NCBI GenBank assembly: GCA_000004985.1
Contig: GG739024.1
Origin: Naegleria gruberi
Lineage: Eukaryota
Strand: one strand, 5' to 3'
Length of the DNA stretch: 10,458 nt
Shown: one piece after another, positions 1-8,701 of the stretch
Numbering within the stretch: the stretch's first letter is position 1
Layout: each line of letters starts with the position of its first letter
Notes under the pieces: model-generated
The model's database searches: none
Seen by the model: only the letters and a program-made list of their open reading frames with translations
What the model was told of the DNA's origin: nothing
Made by a program: the position numbers and the translations under genes

Positions 1-97
1 CGTTCCAATATAGTAGTAAGCTTTGTTAATCCTTTCGATTCTGAGCCATTTTCACATCAACTTGAATCTATTTTTAACTTTTCCGCGCGTTTTTCGG

Positions 98-130
98 TTT
101 GATCAAGCGACAAAAATACTTTTGATCAAG
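98..130. promoter_or_regulatory. Two exact copies of the decamer TTTGATCAAG (98..107 and 121..130), each containing the 8-bp palindrome TTGATCAA, 170-200 bp upstream of the Sel1 gene. Candidate paired transcription-factor site.
   Basis: Exact 10/10 direct repeat with a palindromic core, 23 bp apart, flanked by a GC-rich CCGCGCG at 83..89 in otherwise AT-rich DNA. A TATA-like tatatataaata lies at 166..177. Confidence 0.3.
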
Positions 131-296
131 TGATTTTATTACCACTAGCCACCATCATAACTTGATATATATAAATATTTAACAATTTCACATCAGCCGT
201 ATATTGTGCCCCATTACAATCACCATCTTTTGACATCATTTGTGATATATATTGTTAATGTATTTAAGGAGAAAAGCTTAATAAATAGGGGTTGAC

Positions 297-923
297 ATGG
301 GATCCAAACCCTTTGGATTAAACCAAGATTTGCACAAAGCATTTGAATATTTTGAAAATTCTGCTGAATTGGGATGTATTGATGGAATTTTCAGAGTAGC
401 TTATGCCTACCACAGTGGTGAGGGTGTTAAATTGGATTATTCAAAGGCAATGGAATATTATTTGAAAGCTGCAGAGATGGGAGATGCTTTGGCAAAGAAT
501 AATATTGCAGACATGTATTTGAAAGGCCAGGGAGTTCAACAAAATTTTCAAACAGCTCTCAAGTGGATCAAAGAAGCAATGGAACAAGGTAATTGTGGCG
601 ATAGTTTTGCAACTTATGGAGAAATGCTTTTTAATGGAAATGGTGTGGAAAAAGATTACAATACGGCCTTTGACCATTTTAAAAGATCATCAGATACTGG
701 AGAAAATTATTTCGCACATTTTCTGCTTGGAAGGATGTATGAGTATGGATGGGGTTGTAAAAAGGATATCAATAAGGCTTATGTACTATATTTGAGAGGA
801 GCCAAAGATGGAGATGATGCTGCTATTGCTAGATTGGAAAGCCCATTCAAGAATTCGTTATTTACGAAATCGTTCCACCTATTTGATACAGTAATATTAA
901 CGGTGGAAAATGAAGATAGTTGA
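297..923 (+). CDS. Sel1-like repeat (TPR-like) protein, 208 aa. At least four Sel1 repeats and no N-terminal signal peptide.
   Basis: Uninterrupted ORF ending in TGA. Sel1 signature units recur about every 36 aa: AYAYHSGEGVKLDYSKAMEYYLKAAEMG, NIADMYLKGQGVQQNFQTALKWIKEAMEQG, ATYGEMLFNGNGVEKDYNTAFDHFKRSSDTG, FLLGRMYEYGWGCKKDINKAYVLYLRGAKDG. Codon usage (ttg Leu, aga Arg, caa Gln, ggt/gga Gly) matches the other genes here. ATG sits in a purine -3 context (gacATGg). The overlapping ORFs 441..677(-) and 595..795(+) are spurious. Confidence 0.7.
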   Translation: MGSKPFGLNQDLHKAFEYFENSAELGCIDGIFRVAYAYHSGEGVKLDYSKAMEYYLKAAEMGDALAKNNIADMYLKGQGVQQNFQTALKWIKEAMEQGNCGDSFATYGEMLFNGNGVEKDYNTAFDHFKRSSDTGENYFAHFLLGRMYEYGWGCKKDINKAYVLYLRGAKDGDDAAIARLESPFKNSLFTKSFHLFDTVILTVENEDS

Positions 924-1022
924 AGTGTATGGTATTATTGAAATAACAATCGTTTAATTTATTTCAGTATTAAGAAAAAGATTTCCAATATTCTGAAACA
1001 ATCGTTACATTTTATTGTTTAA

Positions 1023-1456
1023 TTACCAACGTTCAGCAACTTGTGGATTGTTGATAGCTGCCAAAAGTTCCTTAATTCTTGCATCGGTTTGCACGTTAAC
1101 TCTTGAATAAATGTATGGATTGGTGAGTTTCAAATCTTGAATGCTCTCCTTTAATTGTTCGAATTCTTTCAAAACCTGTCTCAATTCATCCTTTGATCTA
1201 CACAAGTAATCTTTACAGAGAATCTTTTGGAAAACTAATCTGGCATCATTATCATATTTTTCCATATAAAAGTCCATTGCTTCTAAACACTTATCAGCAT
1301 ACCCAAGAGCAATCATTCCATTAGCAGCATAACAAAGAGAATCAATAACAAAACTTGGATCCACAACTGATTCAAATCTTTCAACAGAAGAATAGGCATT
1401 GACTGCTAATTCATACATGTCACAAGCATAATAGCAACCTCCCTTAATCATATAAC
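1023..1456 (-). CDS. C-terminal fragment (at least 144 aa) of an alpha-helical repeat, TPR-like protein. The 5' part of the gene lies in assembly gap 1.
   Basis: The minus-strand ORF stays open from the gap edge (the codon continues into the Ns at 1455-1457) to TAA, which is the reverse complement of 1023..1025. Helical hairpin-like segments are present (CYYACDMYELAVNAYSSVERFE, IALGYADKCLEAMDFYMEKYDNDARLVFQKIL). Codon usage is consistent. Family is not assignable by eye. The M at 1451 is only the first in-frame Met after the gap, not the start. Confidence 0.55.
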
Positions 1457-2661
1457 NNNNNNNNNNNNNNNNNNNNNNNNNNNNNNNNNNNNNNNNNNNN
1501 NNNNNNNNNNNNNNNNNNNNNNNNNNNNNNNNNNNNNNNNNNNNNNNNNNNNNNNNNNNNNNNNNNNNNNNNNNNNNNNNNNNNNNNNNNNNNNNNNNNN
1601 NNNNNNNNNNNNNNNNNNNNNNNNNNNNNNNNNNNNNNNNNNNNNNNNNNNNNNNNNNNNNNNNNNNNNNNNNNNNNNNNNNNNNNNNNNNNNNNNNNNN
1701 NNNNNNNNNNNNNNNNNNNNNNNNNNNNNNNNNNNNNNNNNNNNNNNNNNNNNNNNNNNNNNNNNNNNNNNNNNNNNNNNNNNNNNNNNNNNNNNNNNNN
1801 NNNNNNNNNNNNNNNNNNNNNNNNNNNNNNNNNNNNNNNNNNNNNNNNNNNNNNNNNNNNNNNNNNNNNNNNNNNNNNNNNNNNNNNNNNNNNNNNNNNN
1901 NNNNNNNNNNNNNNNNNNNNNNNNNNNNNNNNNNNNNNNNNNNNNNNNNNNNNNNNNNNNNNNNNNNNNNNNNNNNNNNNNNNNNNNNNNNNNNNNNNNN
2001 NNNNNNNNNNNNNNNNNNNNNNNNNNNNNNNNNNNNNNNNNNNNNNNNNNNNNNNNNNNNNNNNNNNNNNNNNNNNNNNNNNNNNNNNNNNNNNNNNNNN
2101 NNNNNNNNNNNNNNNNNNNNNNNNNNNNNNNNNNNNNNNNNNNNNNNNNNNNNNNNNNNNNNNNNNNNNNNNNNNNNNNNNNNNNNNNNNNNNNNNNNNN
2201 NNNNNNNNNNNNNNNNNNNNNNNNNNNNNNNNNNNNNNNNNNNNNNNNNNNNNNNNNNNNNNNNNNNNNNNNNNNNNNNNNNNNNNNNNNNNNNNNNNNN
2301 NNNNNNNNNNNNNNNNNNNNNNNNNNNNNNNNNNNNNNNNNNNNNNNNNNNNNNNNNNNNNNNNNNNNNNNNNNNNNNNNNNNNNNNNNNNNNNNNNNNN
2401 NNNNNNNNNNNNNNNNNNNNNNNNNNNNNNNNNNNNNNNNNNNNNNNNNNNNNNNNNNNNNNNNNNNNNNNNNNNNNNNNNNNNNNNNNNNNNNNNNNNN
2501 NNNNNNNNNNNNNNNNNNNNNNNNNNNNNNNNNNNNNNNNNNNNNNNNNNNNNNNNNNNNNNNNNNNNNNNNNNNNNNNNNNNNNNNNNNNNNNNNNNNN
2601 NNNNNNNNNNNNNNNNNNNNNNNNNNNNNNNNNNNNNNNNNNNNNNNNNNNNNNNNNNNNN
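1457..2661. other. Assembly gap, 1205 N.
   Basis: Contiguous run of n. The non-round length suggests a scaffolding estimate. The X-filled ORFs 1444..2694 and 1448..2665 are artefacts. Confidence 0.99.
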
Positions 2662-2695
2662 CCATTCCTGATTTACAATCTTTAACATTAACAAT

Positions 2696-3238
2696 TCAAC
2701 CCTTCTTCATCAAGACATATGACTTCATACCAACATTTGATTTGAAGAATCTAACTTGCATGTTAACTGGATCATTAGTTTTTGGAAAGGTTTTGTAACA
2801 AAAATTAATGATATCACAAACTTCAACAAATAAGTGATTAGTTTCCAATTGAACAGGAGTAGGATGATTTCTACGATATTCAATAATATTTTCAGTTAAT
2901 TTCTTAAATTTGTCCTCAAGCACTTGATAATTTTTGATCAATTCATTCTGTTCTTGTTCGGAATAAACTGCTTTCTCTGCTGCTTGTTGTTTAGCCTTTT
3001 TCAAATCAAAGAACATTTTACTACTTGTTGTATGATAATTTCTTCTATTTGCAATTTCCATTGAAAAGTTTAATTGATGATGCTTTCCGACATTGATCAG
3101 TGGTACGGAATTAAAATTAATCATCATCAATCCACAACTACCACCAACAAGAATAGAACCATTCTTGAGAGATGATGAGGATCCTCGAGAAGCAGTAATA
3201 ATTGATGATGAGAGAACCTTGTTGGCAAGTGTTTTCAT
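2696..3238 (-). CDS. Hypothetical protein, 181 aa, starting MKTLANKVLSSS. N-terminus is basic and hydroxyl-rich (possible mitochondrial presequence), followed by a short hydrophobic stretch and a helical K/E/Q-rich C-terminal half.
   Basis: Minus-strand ORF 2696..3319 ending TGA (reverse complement of tca at 2696..2698). The preferred start is the ATG at 3236..3238, which sits immediately downstream of an A10-AA-A8 tract in an excellent A-rich context. The upstream 27 codons of the track ORF (..FTKKIKKKM) are simply the poly-A tract being translated. The N-terminus MKTLANKVLSSSIITASRGSSSSLKNGS has no acidic residues. ILVGGSCGLMMINFNSVPLI is hydrophobic. Codon usage is good (ggt, aga, caa, ttg). 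Confidence 0.5.
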   Translation of the reverse strand: MKTLANKVLSSSIITASRGSSSSLKNGSILVGGSCGLMMINFNSVPLINVGKHHQLNFSMEIANRRNYHTTSSKMFFDLKKAKQQAAEKAVYSEQEQNELIKNYQVLEDKFKKLTENIIEYRRNHPTPVQLETNHLFVEVCDIINFCYKTFPKTNDPVNMQVRFFKSNVGMKSYVLMKKG

Positions 3239-3260
3239 TTTTTTTTTAATTTTTTTTGTA
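3239..3260. promoter_or_regulatory. Poly(dA:dT) tract (T10-AA-T8 on the + strand) immediately 5' of the minus-strand start codon at 3238. Likely a promoter or 5'UTR nucleosome-excluding element.
   Basis: Homopolymeric dT tracts are seen directly in the sequence. Position is relative to the ATG at 3236..3238. Confidence 0.4.
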
Positions 3261-3713
3261 AATTGGAAATTAACACGAACTTGAATTGATAGGATTTTGT
3301 AAAGTGTTAATCCAATCAATTATTTCAAAAACCATTCATAGGGATATGGAGTTAATAGAAAATAAATGAGAGAATCTCTTGAAGGAAATTCCATGGTAGA
3401 GTGTTGTTGGTGGAAGGTTGCTGAATATCTTGGCCAACTTTTGAACTAAAAGAACAAGATGAACAGTAGTGTTAGATTACATTATAGACATGTATTTATT
3501 CATGTCTTGATGAAGAACGATCTAGTAGATGATGAATGATTAATGTTAGGAAGCATGTGAAAATTCAATTTGGCAATCTTTAGAAACTGTTGGAAAAACA
3601 TCGCCAAAATATCCTTGCTGATGTGGTACAATAGTAAATCTTTGTCTTCCTCTCGAAATTGACCAAGTTTCCAAAAGGTGCAAATGTTAATTCTTTGGAT
3701 GACCTTGTAAATT

Positions 3714-3944
3714 ATGAAATTGTCTGAATTGATGTATGTGAAAATTATTTACTTTCATCTTCTCCAACTCTTCATCCACTTGATGGAAAGTTTTGAAACT
3801 TTCCATGGTGATACTAATGAACATTTAGAGCATGCCTATGATGTTTTTGTTGCTCTGTATGATGTTCTTGATGATGAAAATATTAAAATTAATAAAATTG
3901 ATGAAAATATTCTTAAAGAGTCGCACCACTTGATTGTAGTATAA
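3714..3944 (+). CDS. Possible small ORF, 76 aa, with an acidic C-terminal half. Weak call.
   Basis: ORF with ttg-biased Leu usage and ending TAA. It lies in an otherwise ORF-poor 1.25-kb region. The opposite strand is also partly open here, so coding status is uncertain. Confidence 0.2.
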   Translation: MKLSELMYVKIIYFHLLQLFIHLMESFETFHGDTNEHLEHAYDVFVALYDVLDDENIKINKIDENILKESHHLIVV

Positions 3945-4287
3945 TTGGGGTGAATACTATAAGATGGTGCTACTTCTCCAATTCAACAAATTTTTCCGTC
4001 AATTCAATAATCGCCTTTTAAAAAGTGTAATTCATTTGTTAAAATCCAACAATACTATTTCCACACATTCCATATTATCCTATCGTCTTATCCTGAAAAT
4101 ATTTTCCACAATGATGAAGAACAGCCTTTGGTAATAAACAAATGATGAAACCTCTGAAACGTTTGCTTGGCTGATGATGAAAATTTTTTGTAATTTTAAT
4201 TTATCAAAAATATTCAACAAATAGTCTATGGACATTCTCGGAGTGGTTTTACATCATGAAACCACCAAACTTTCACGACATCATCTC

Positions 4288-4314
4288 AACATCATCATAA
4301 GTAGTAGTAGTAGC
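4288..4314. repeat. Short trinucleotide microsatellite: (cat)3 followed by (agt)4/(tag)4.
   Basis: catcatcataagtagtagtagtagcaa is seen directly, inside the ORF-poor region. Confidence 0.6.
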
Positions 4315-4570
4315 AATTTTTATTGGTGGATTATCATCAACAAGTTTCAAAAATATTGGATCAACATCAGGTACATCACTCTGCTGATTCTTGGAGTGAT
4401 TTCACATCTATTAACTCCAAGAATTTCACCACATCATCTCGTCATCATTTAAATAATAGTATTAATAGTAATTTTTGGAATTTAACAGTTGTAGATTTAT
4501 CATTATTAGAATCAATAGCTTTGATTTAGGTGAATATGTATTTCCTTACATATCATAAAGAATTGAGTTT

Positions 4571-4942
4571 TTATTTTGATTCAGTGATAGGAGCTACAAT
4601 TAATGTATTTTCATCTTCCTTTGATAAACTCAATTTGATTTCTAAAGTATTCTCATTAATGTTTGAATGGAAATCTTGTTGTTTTGCGTTCATTACAATG
4701 GACAAAGCGTTCAGAGGAAGTTTCTTTTCTAATAATGGCTTCACAATTTCTACTATGCAGGAAATACAAGTAGTTCCTGTCATTATTTGAGCCATCGGTG
4801 TGCTTAGATCCTCAAGAGATGGAAAGAAGGTTACTGTAAACATAACACCGGTTTCTTCCTTGATGTGCTCGATGAATTGATCAACAGCTCTTTCCATTTT
4901 CCAATTCCTAATACTCTTACCAATAGAGGTTGCAATTATCAT
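4571..4942 (-). CDS. Small protein, 123 aa, with a pattern compatible with a Roadblock/LC7-like (LAMTOR/dynein light chain) fold. This is a hypothesis only.
   Basis: The complete minus-strand ORF (ATG is the reverse complement of 4940..4942, with an in-frame TGA 13 codons upstream) has balanced composition and good codon usage. The plus-strand ORFs covering the same bases (4530..4790, 4865..) are F/S-rich and look like antisense noise. AVDQFIEHIKEETGVMFTVTFF resembles the N-helix plus first beta-strand of Roadblock proteins (compare [21 protein letters not shown] in LAMTOR5). The C-terminal EIKLSLSKEDENTLIVAP resembles the terminal strand (compare LRIRSKKNEIMVAP in DYNLRB). The resemblance was judged by eye. 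Confidence 0.5.
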   Translation of the reverse strand: MIIATSIGKSIRNWKMERAVDQFIEHIKEETGVMFTVTFFPSLEDLSTPMAQIMTGTTCISCIVEIVKPLLEKKLPLNALSIVMNAKQQDFHSNINENTLEIKLSLSKEDENTLIVAPITESK

Positions 4943-4987
4943 GTCATCAGAGATGTTTTTGGAAATTCTTGGTGTTTCAAATCAAAT

Positions 4988-7900
4988 NNNNNNNNNNNNN
5001 NNNNNNNNNNNNNNNNNNNNNNNNNNNNNNNNNNNNNNNNNNNNNNNNNNNNNNNNNNNNNNNNNNNNNNNNNNNNNNNNNNNNNNNNNNNNNNNNNNNN
5101 NNNNNNNNNNNNNNNNNNNNNNNNNNNNNNNNNNNNNNNNNNNNNNNNNNNNNNNNNNNNNNNNNNNNNNNNNNNNNNNNNNNNNNNNNNNNNNNNNNNN
5201 NNNNNNNNNNNNNNNNNNNNNNNNNNNNNNNNNNNNNNNNNNNNNNNNNNNNNNNNNNNNNNNNNNNNNNNNNNNNNNNNNNNNNNNNNNNNNNNNNNNN
5301 NNNNNNNNNNNNNNNNNNNNNNNNNNNNNNNNNNNNNNNNNNNNNNNNNNNNNNNNNNNNNNNNNNNNNNNNNNNNNNNNNNNNNNNNNNNNNNNNNNNN
5401 NNNNNNNNNNNNNNNNNNNNNNNNNNNNNNNNNNNNNNNNNNNNNNNNNNNNNNNNNNNNNNNNNNNNNNNNNNNNNNNNNNNNNNNNNNNNNNNNNNNN
5501 NNNNNNNNNNNNNNNNNNNNNNNNNNNNNNNNNNNNNNNNNNNNNNNNNNNNNNNNNNNNNNNNNNNNNNNNNNNNNNNNNNNNNNNNNNNNNNNNNNNN
5601 NNNNNNNNNNNNNNNNNNNNNNNNNNNNNNNNNNNNNNNNNNNNNNNNNNNNNNNNNNNNNNNNNNNNNNNNNNNNNNNNNNNNNNNNNNNNNNNNNNNN
5701 NNNNNNNNNNNNNNNNNNNNNNNNNNNNNNNNNNNNNNNNNNNNNNNNNNNNNNNNNNNNNNNNNNNNNNNNNNNNNNNNNNNNNNNNNNNNNNNNNNNN
5801 NNNNNNNNNNNNNNNNNNNNNNNNNNNNNNNNNNNNNNNNNNNNNNNNNNNNNNNNNNNNNNNNNNNNNNNNNNNNNNNNNNNNNNNNNNNNNNNNNNNN
5901 NNNNNNNNNNNNNNNNNNNNNNNNNNNNNNNNNNNNNNNNNNNNNNNNNNNNNNNNNNNNNNNNNNNNNNNNNNNNNNNNNNNNNNNNNNNNNNNNNNNN
6001 NNNNNNNNNNNNNNNNNNNNNNNNNNNNNNNNNNNNNNNNNNNNNNNNNNNNNNNNNNNNNNNNNNNNNNNNNNNNNNNNNNNNNNNNNNNNNNNNNNNN
6101 NNNNNNNNNNNNNNNNNNNNNNNNNNNNNNNNNNNNNNNNNNNNNNNNNNNNNNNNNNNNNNNNNNNNNNNNNNNNNNNNNNNNNNNNNNNNNNNNNNNN
6201 NNNNNNNNNNNNNNNNNNNNNNNNNNNNNNNNNNNNNNNNNNNNNNNNNNNNNNNNNNNNNNNNNNNNNNNNNNNNNNNNNNNNNNNNNNNNNNNNNNNN
6301 NNNNNNNNNNNNNNNNNNNNNNNNNNNNNNNNNNNNNNNNNNNNNNNNNNNNNNNNNNNNNNNNNNNNNNNNNNNNNNNNNNNNNNNNNNNNNNNNNNNN
6401 NNNNNNNNNNNNNNNNNNNNNNNNNNNNNNNNNNNNNNNNNNNNNNNNNNNNNNNNNNNNNNNNNNNNNNNNNNNNNNNNNNNNNNNNNNNNNNNNNNNN
6501 NNNNNNNNNNNNNNNNNNNNNNNNNNNNNNNNNNNNNNNNNNNNNNNNNNNNNNNNNNNNNNNNNNNNNNNNNNNNNNNNNNNNNNNNNNNNNNNNNNNN
6601 NNNNNNNNNNNNNNNNNNNNNNNNNNNNNNNNNNNNNNNNNNNNNNNNNNNNNNNNNNNNNNNNNNNNNNNNNNNNNNNNNNNNNNNNNNNNNNNNNNNN
6701 NNNNNNNNNNNNNNNNNNNNNNNNNNNNNNNNNNNNNNNNNNNNNNNNNNNNNNNNNNNNNNNNNNNNNNNNNNNNNNNNNNNNNNNNNNNNNNNNNNNN
6801 NNNNNNNNNNNNNNNNNNNNNNNNNNNNNNNNNNNNNNNNNNNNNNNNNNNNNNNNNNNNNNNNNNNNNNNNNNNNNNNNNNNNNNNNNNNNNNNNNNNN
6901 NNNNNNNNNNNNNNNNNNNNNNNNNNNNNNNNNNNNNNNNNNNNNNNNNNNNNNNNNNNNNNNNNNNNNNNNNNNNNNNNNNNNNNNNNNNNNNNNNNNN
7001 NNNNNNNNNNNNNNNNNNNNNNNNNNNNNNNNNNNNNNNNNNNNNNNNNNNNNNNNNNNNNNNNNNNNNNNNNNNNNNNNNNNNNNNNNNNNNNNNNNNN
7101 NNNNNNNNNNNNNNNNNNNNNNNNNNNNNNNNNNNNNNNNNNNNNNNNNNNNNNNNNNNNNNNNNNNNNNNNNNNNNNNNNNNNNNNNNNNNNNNNNNNN
7201 NNNNNNNNNNNNNNNNNNNNNNNNNNNNNNNNNNNNNNNNNNNNNNNNNNNNNNNNNNNNNNNNNNNNNNNNNNNNNNNNNNNNNNNNNNNNNNNNNNNN
7301 NNNNNNNNNNNNNNNNNNNNNNNNNNNNNNNNNNNNNNNNNNNNNNNNNNNNNNNNNNNNNNNNNNNNNNNNNNNNNNNNNNNNNNNNNNNNNNNNNNNN
7401 NNNNNNNNNNNNNNNNNNNNNNNNNNNNNNNNNNNNNNNNNNNNNNNNNNNNNNNNNNNNNNNNNNNNNNNNNNNNNNNNNNNNNNNNNNNNNNNNNNNN
7501 NNNNNNNNNNNNNNNNNNNNNNNNNNNNNNNNNNNNNNNNNNNNNNNNNNNNNNNNNNNNNNNNNNNNNNNNNNNNNNNNNNNNNNNNNNNNNNNNNNNN
7601 NNNNNNNNNNNNNNNNNNNNNNNNNNNNNNNNNNNNNNNNNNNNNNNNNNNNNNNNNNNNNNNNNNNNNNNNNNNNNNNNNNNNNNNNNNNNNNNNNNNN
7701 NNNNNNNNNNNNNNNNNNNNNNNNNNNNNNNNNNNNNNNNNNNNNNNNNNNNNNNNNNNNNNNNNNNNNNNNNNNNNNNNNNNNNNNNNNNNNNNNNNNN
7801 NNNNNNNNNNNNNNNNNNNNNNNNNNNNNNNNNNNNNNNNNNNNNNNNNNNNNNNNNNNNNNNNNNNNNNNNNNNNNNNNNNNNNNNNNNNNNNNNNNNN

Positions 7901-8700
7901 NNNNNNNNNNNNNNNNNNNNNNNNNNNNNNNNNNNNNNNNNNNNNNNNNNNNNNNNNNNNNNNNNNNNNNNNNNNNNNNNNNNNNNNNNNNNNNNNNNNN
8001 NNNNNNNNNNNNNNNNNNNNNNNNNNNNNNNNNNNNNNNNNNNNNNNNNNNNNNNNNNNNNNNNNNNNNNNNNNNNNNNNNNNNNNNNNNNNNNNNNNNN
8101 NNNNNNNNNNNNNNNNNNNNNNNNNNNNNNNNNNNNNNNNNNNNNNNNNNNNNNNNNNNNNNNNNNNNNNNNNNNNNNNNNNNNNNNNNNNNNNNNNNNN
8201 NNNNNNNNNNNNNNNNNNNNNNNNNNNNNNNNNNNNNNNNNNNNNNNNNNNNNNNNNNNNNNNNNNNNNNNNNNNNNNNNNNNNNNNNNNNNNNNNNNNN
8301 NNNNNNNNNNNNNNNNNNNNNNNNNNNNNNNNNNNNNNNNNNNNNNNNNNNNNNNNNNNNNNNNNNNNNNNNNNNNNNNNNNNNNNNNNNNNNNNNNNNN
8401 NNNNNNNNNNNNNNNNNNNNNNNNNNNNNNNNNNNNNNNNNNNNNNNNNNNNNNNNNNNNNNNNNNNNNNNNNNNNNNNNNNNNNNNNNNNNNNNNNNNN
8501 NNNNNNNNNNNNNNNNNNNNNNNNNNNNNNNNNNNNNNNNNNNNNNNNNNNNNNNNNNNNNNNNNNNNNNNNNNNNNNNNNNNNNNNNNNNNNNNNNNNN
8601 NNNNNNNNNNNNNNNNNNNNNNNNNNNNNNNNNNNNNNNNNNNNNNNNNNNNNNNNNNNNNNNNNNNNNNNNNNNNNNNNNNNNNNNNNNNNNNNNNNNN
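4988..8700. other. Assembly gap, 3713 N.
   Basis: Contiguous run of n. The X-filled ORFs 4865..8767, 4930..8724 and 4941..8705 are artefacts. Confidence 0.99.
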
Positions 8701-8701
8701 T

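Noticed and set aside
1-102. Open frame from the window start to the TGA at 100..102, as a possible C-terminal tail of an upstream plus-strand gene (..NPFDSEPFSHQLESIFNFSARFSV*).
   Set aside because: It is only 33 codons with no recognisable domain. The interval also carries the promoter-like motifs of the Sel1 gene. This is insufficient evidence.
3093-3284. Plus-strand ORF 3093..3284 (63 aa).
   Set aside because: It is antisense to gene 2696..3238(-). Its C-terminal part (FIFFLIFFVNW) is just the poly-T tract being translated.
4105-4180. C/D-box snoRNA candidate: RUGAUGA motifs at 4110, 4141 and 4173, with CUGA at 4153 and 4171.
   Set aside because: The box order is C..C'..D'..D instead of C..D'..C'..D. 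No complementary terminal stem flanks the boxes (5' tccacaa versus 3' tgatgaa). ATGATGA is common in this AT-rich, Asp/Glu-codon-rich DNA. It is kept only as part of the ORF-poor-region finding.
4530-4987. Plus-strand ORFs 4530..4790 (86 aa) and 4865.. (MLDELINSS..) as genes.
   Set aside because: They are F/S/I-rich and low-complexity, typical of an antisense frame. They overlap the better-supported minus-strand gene 4571..4942.
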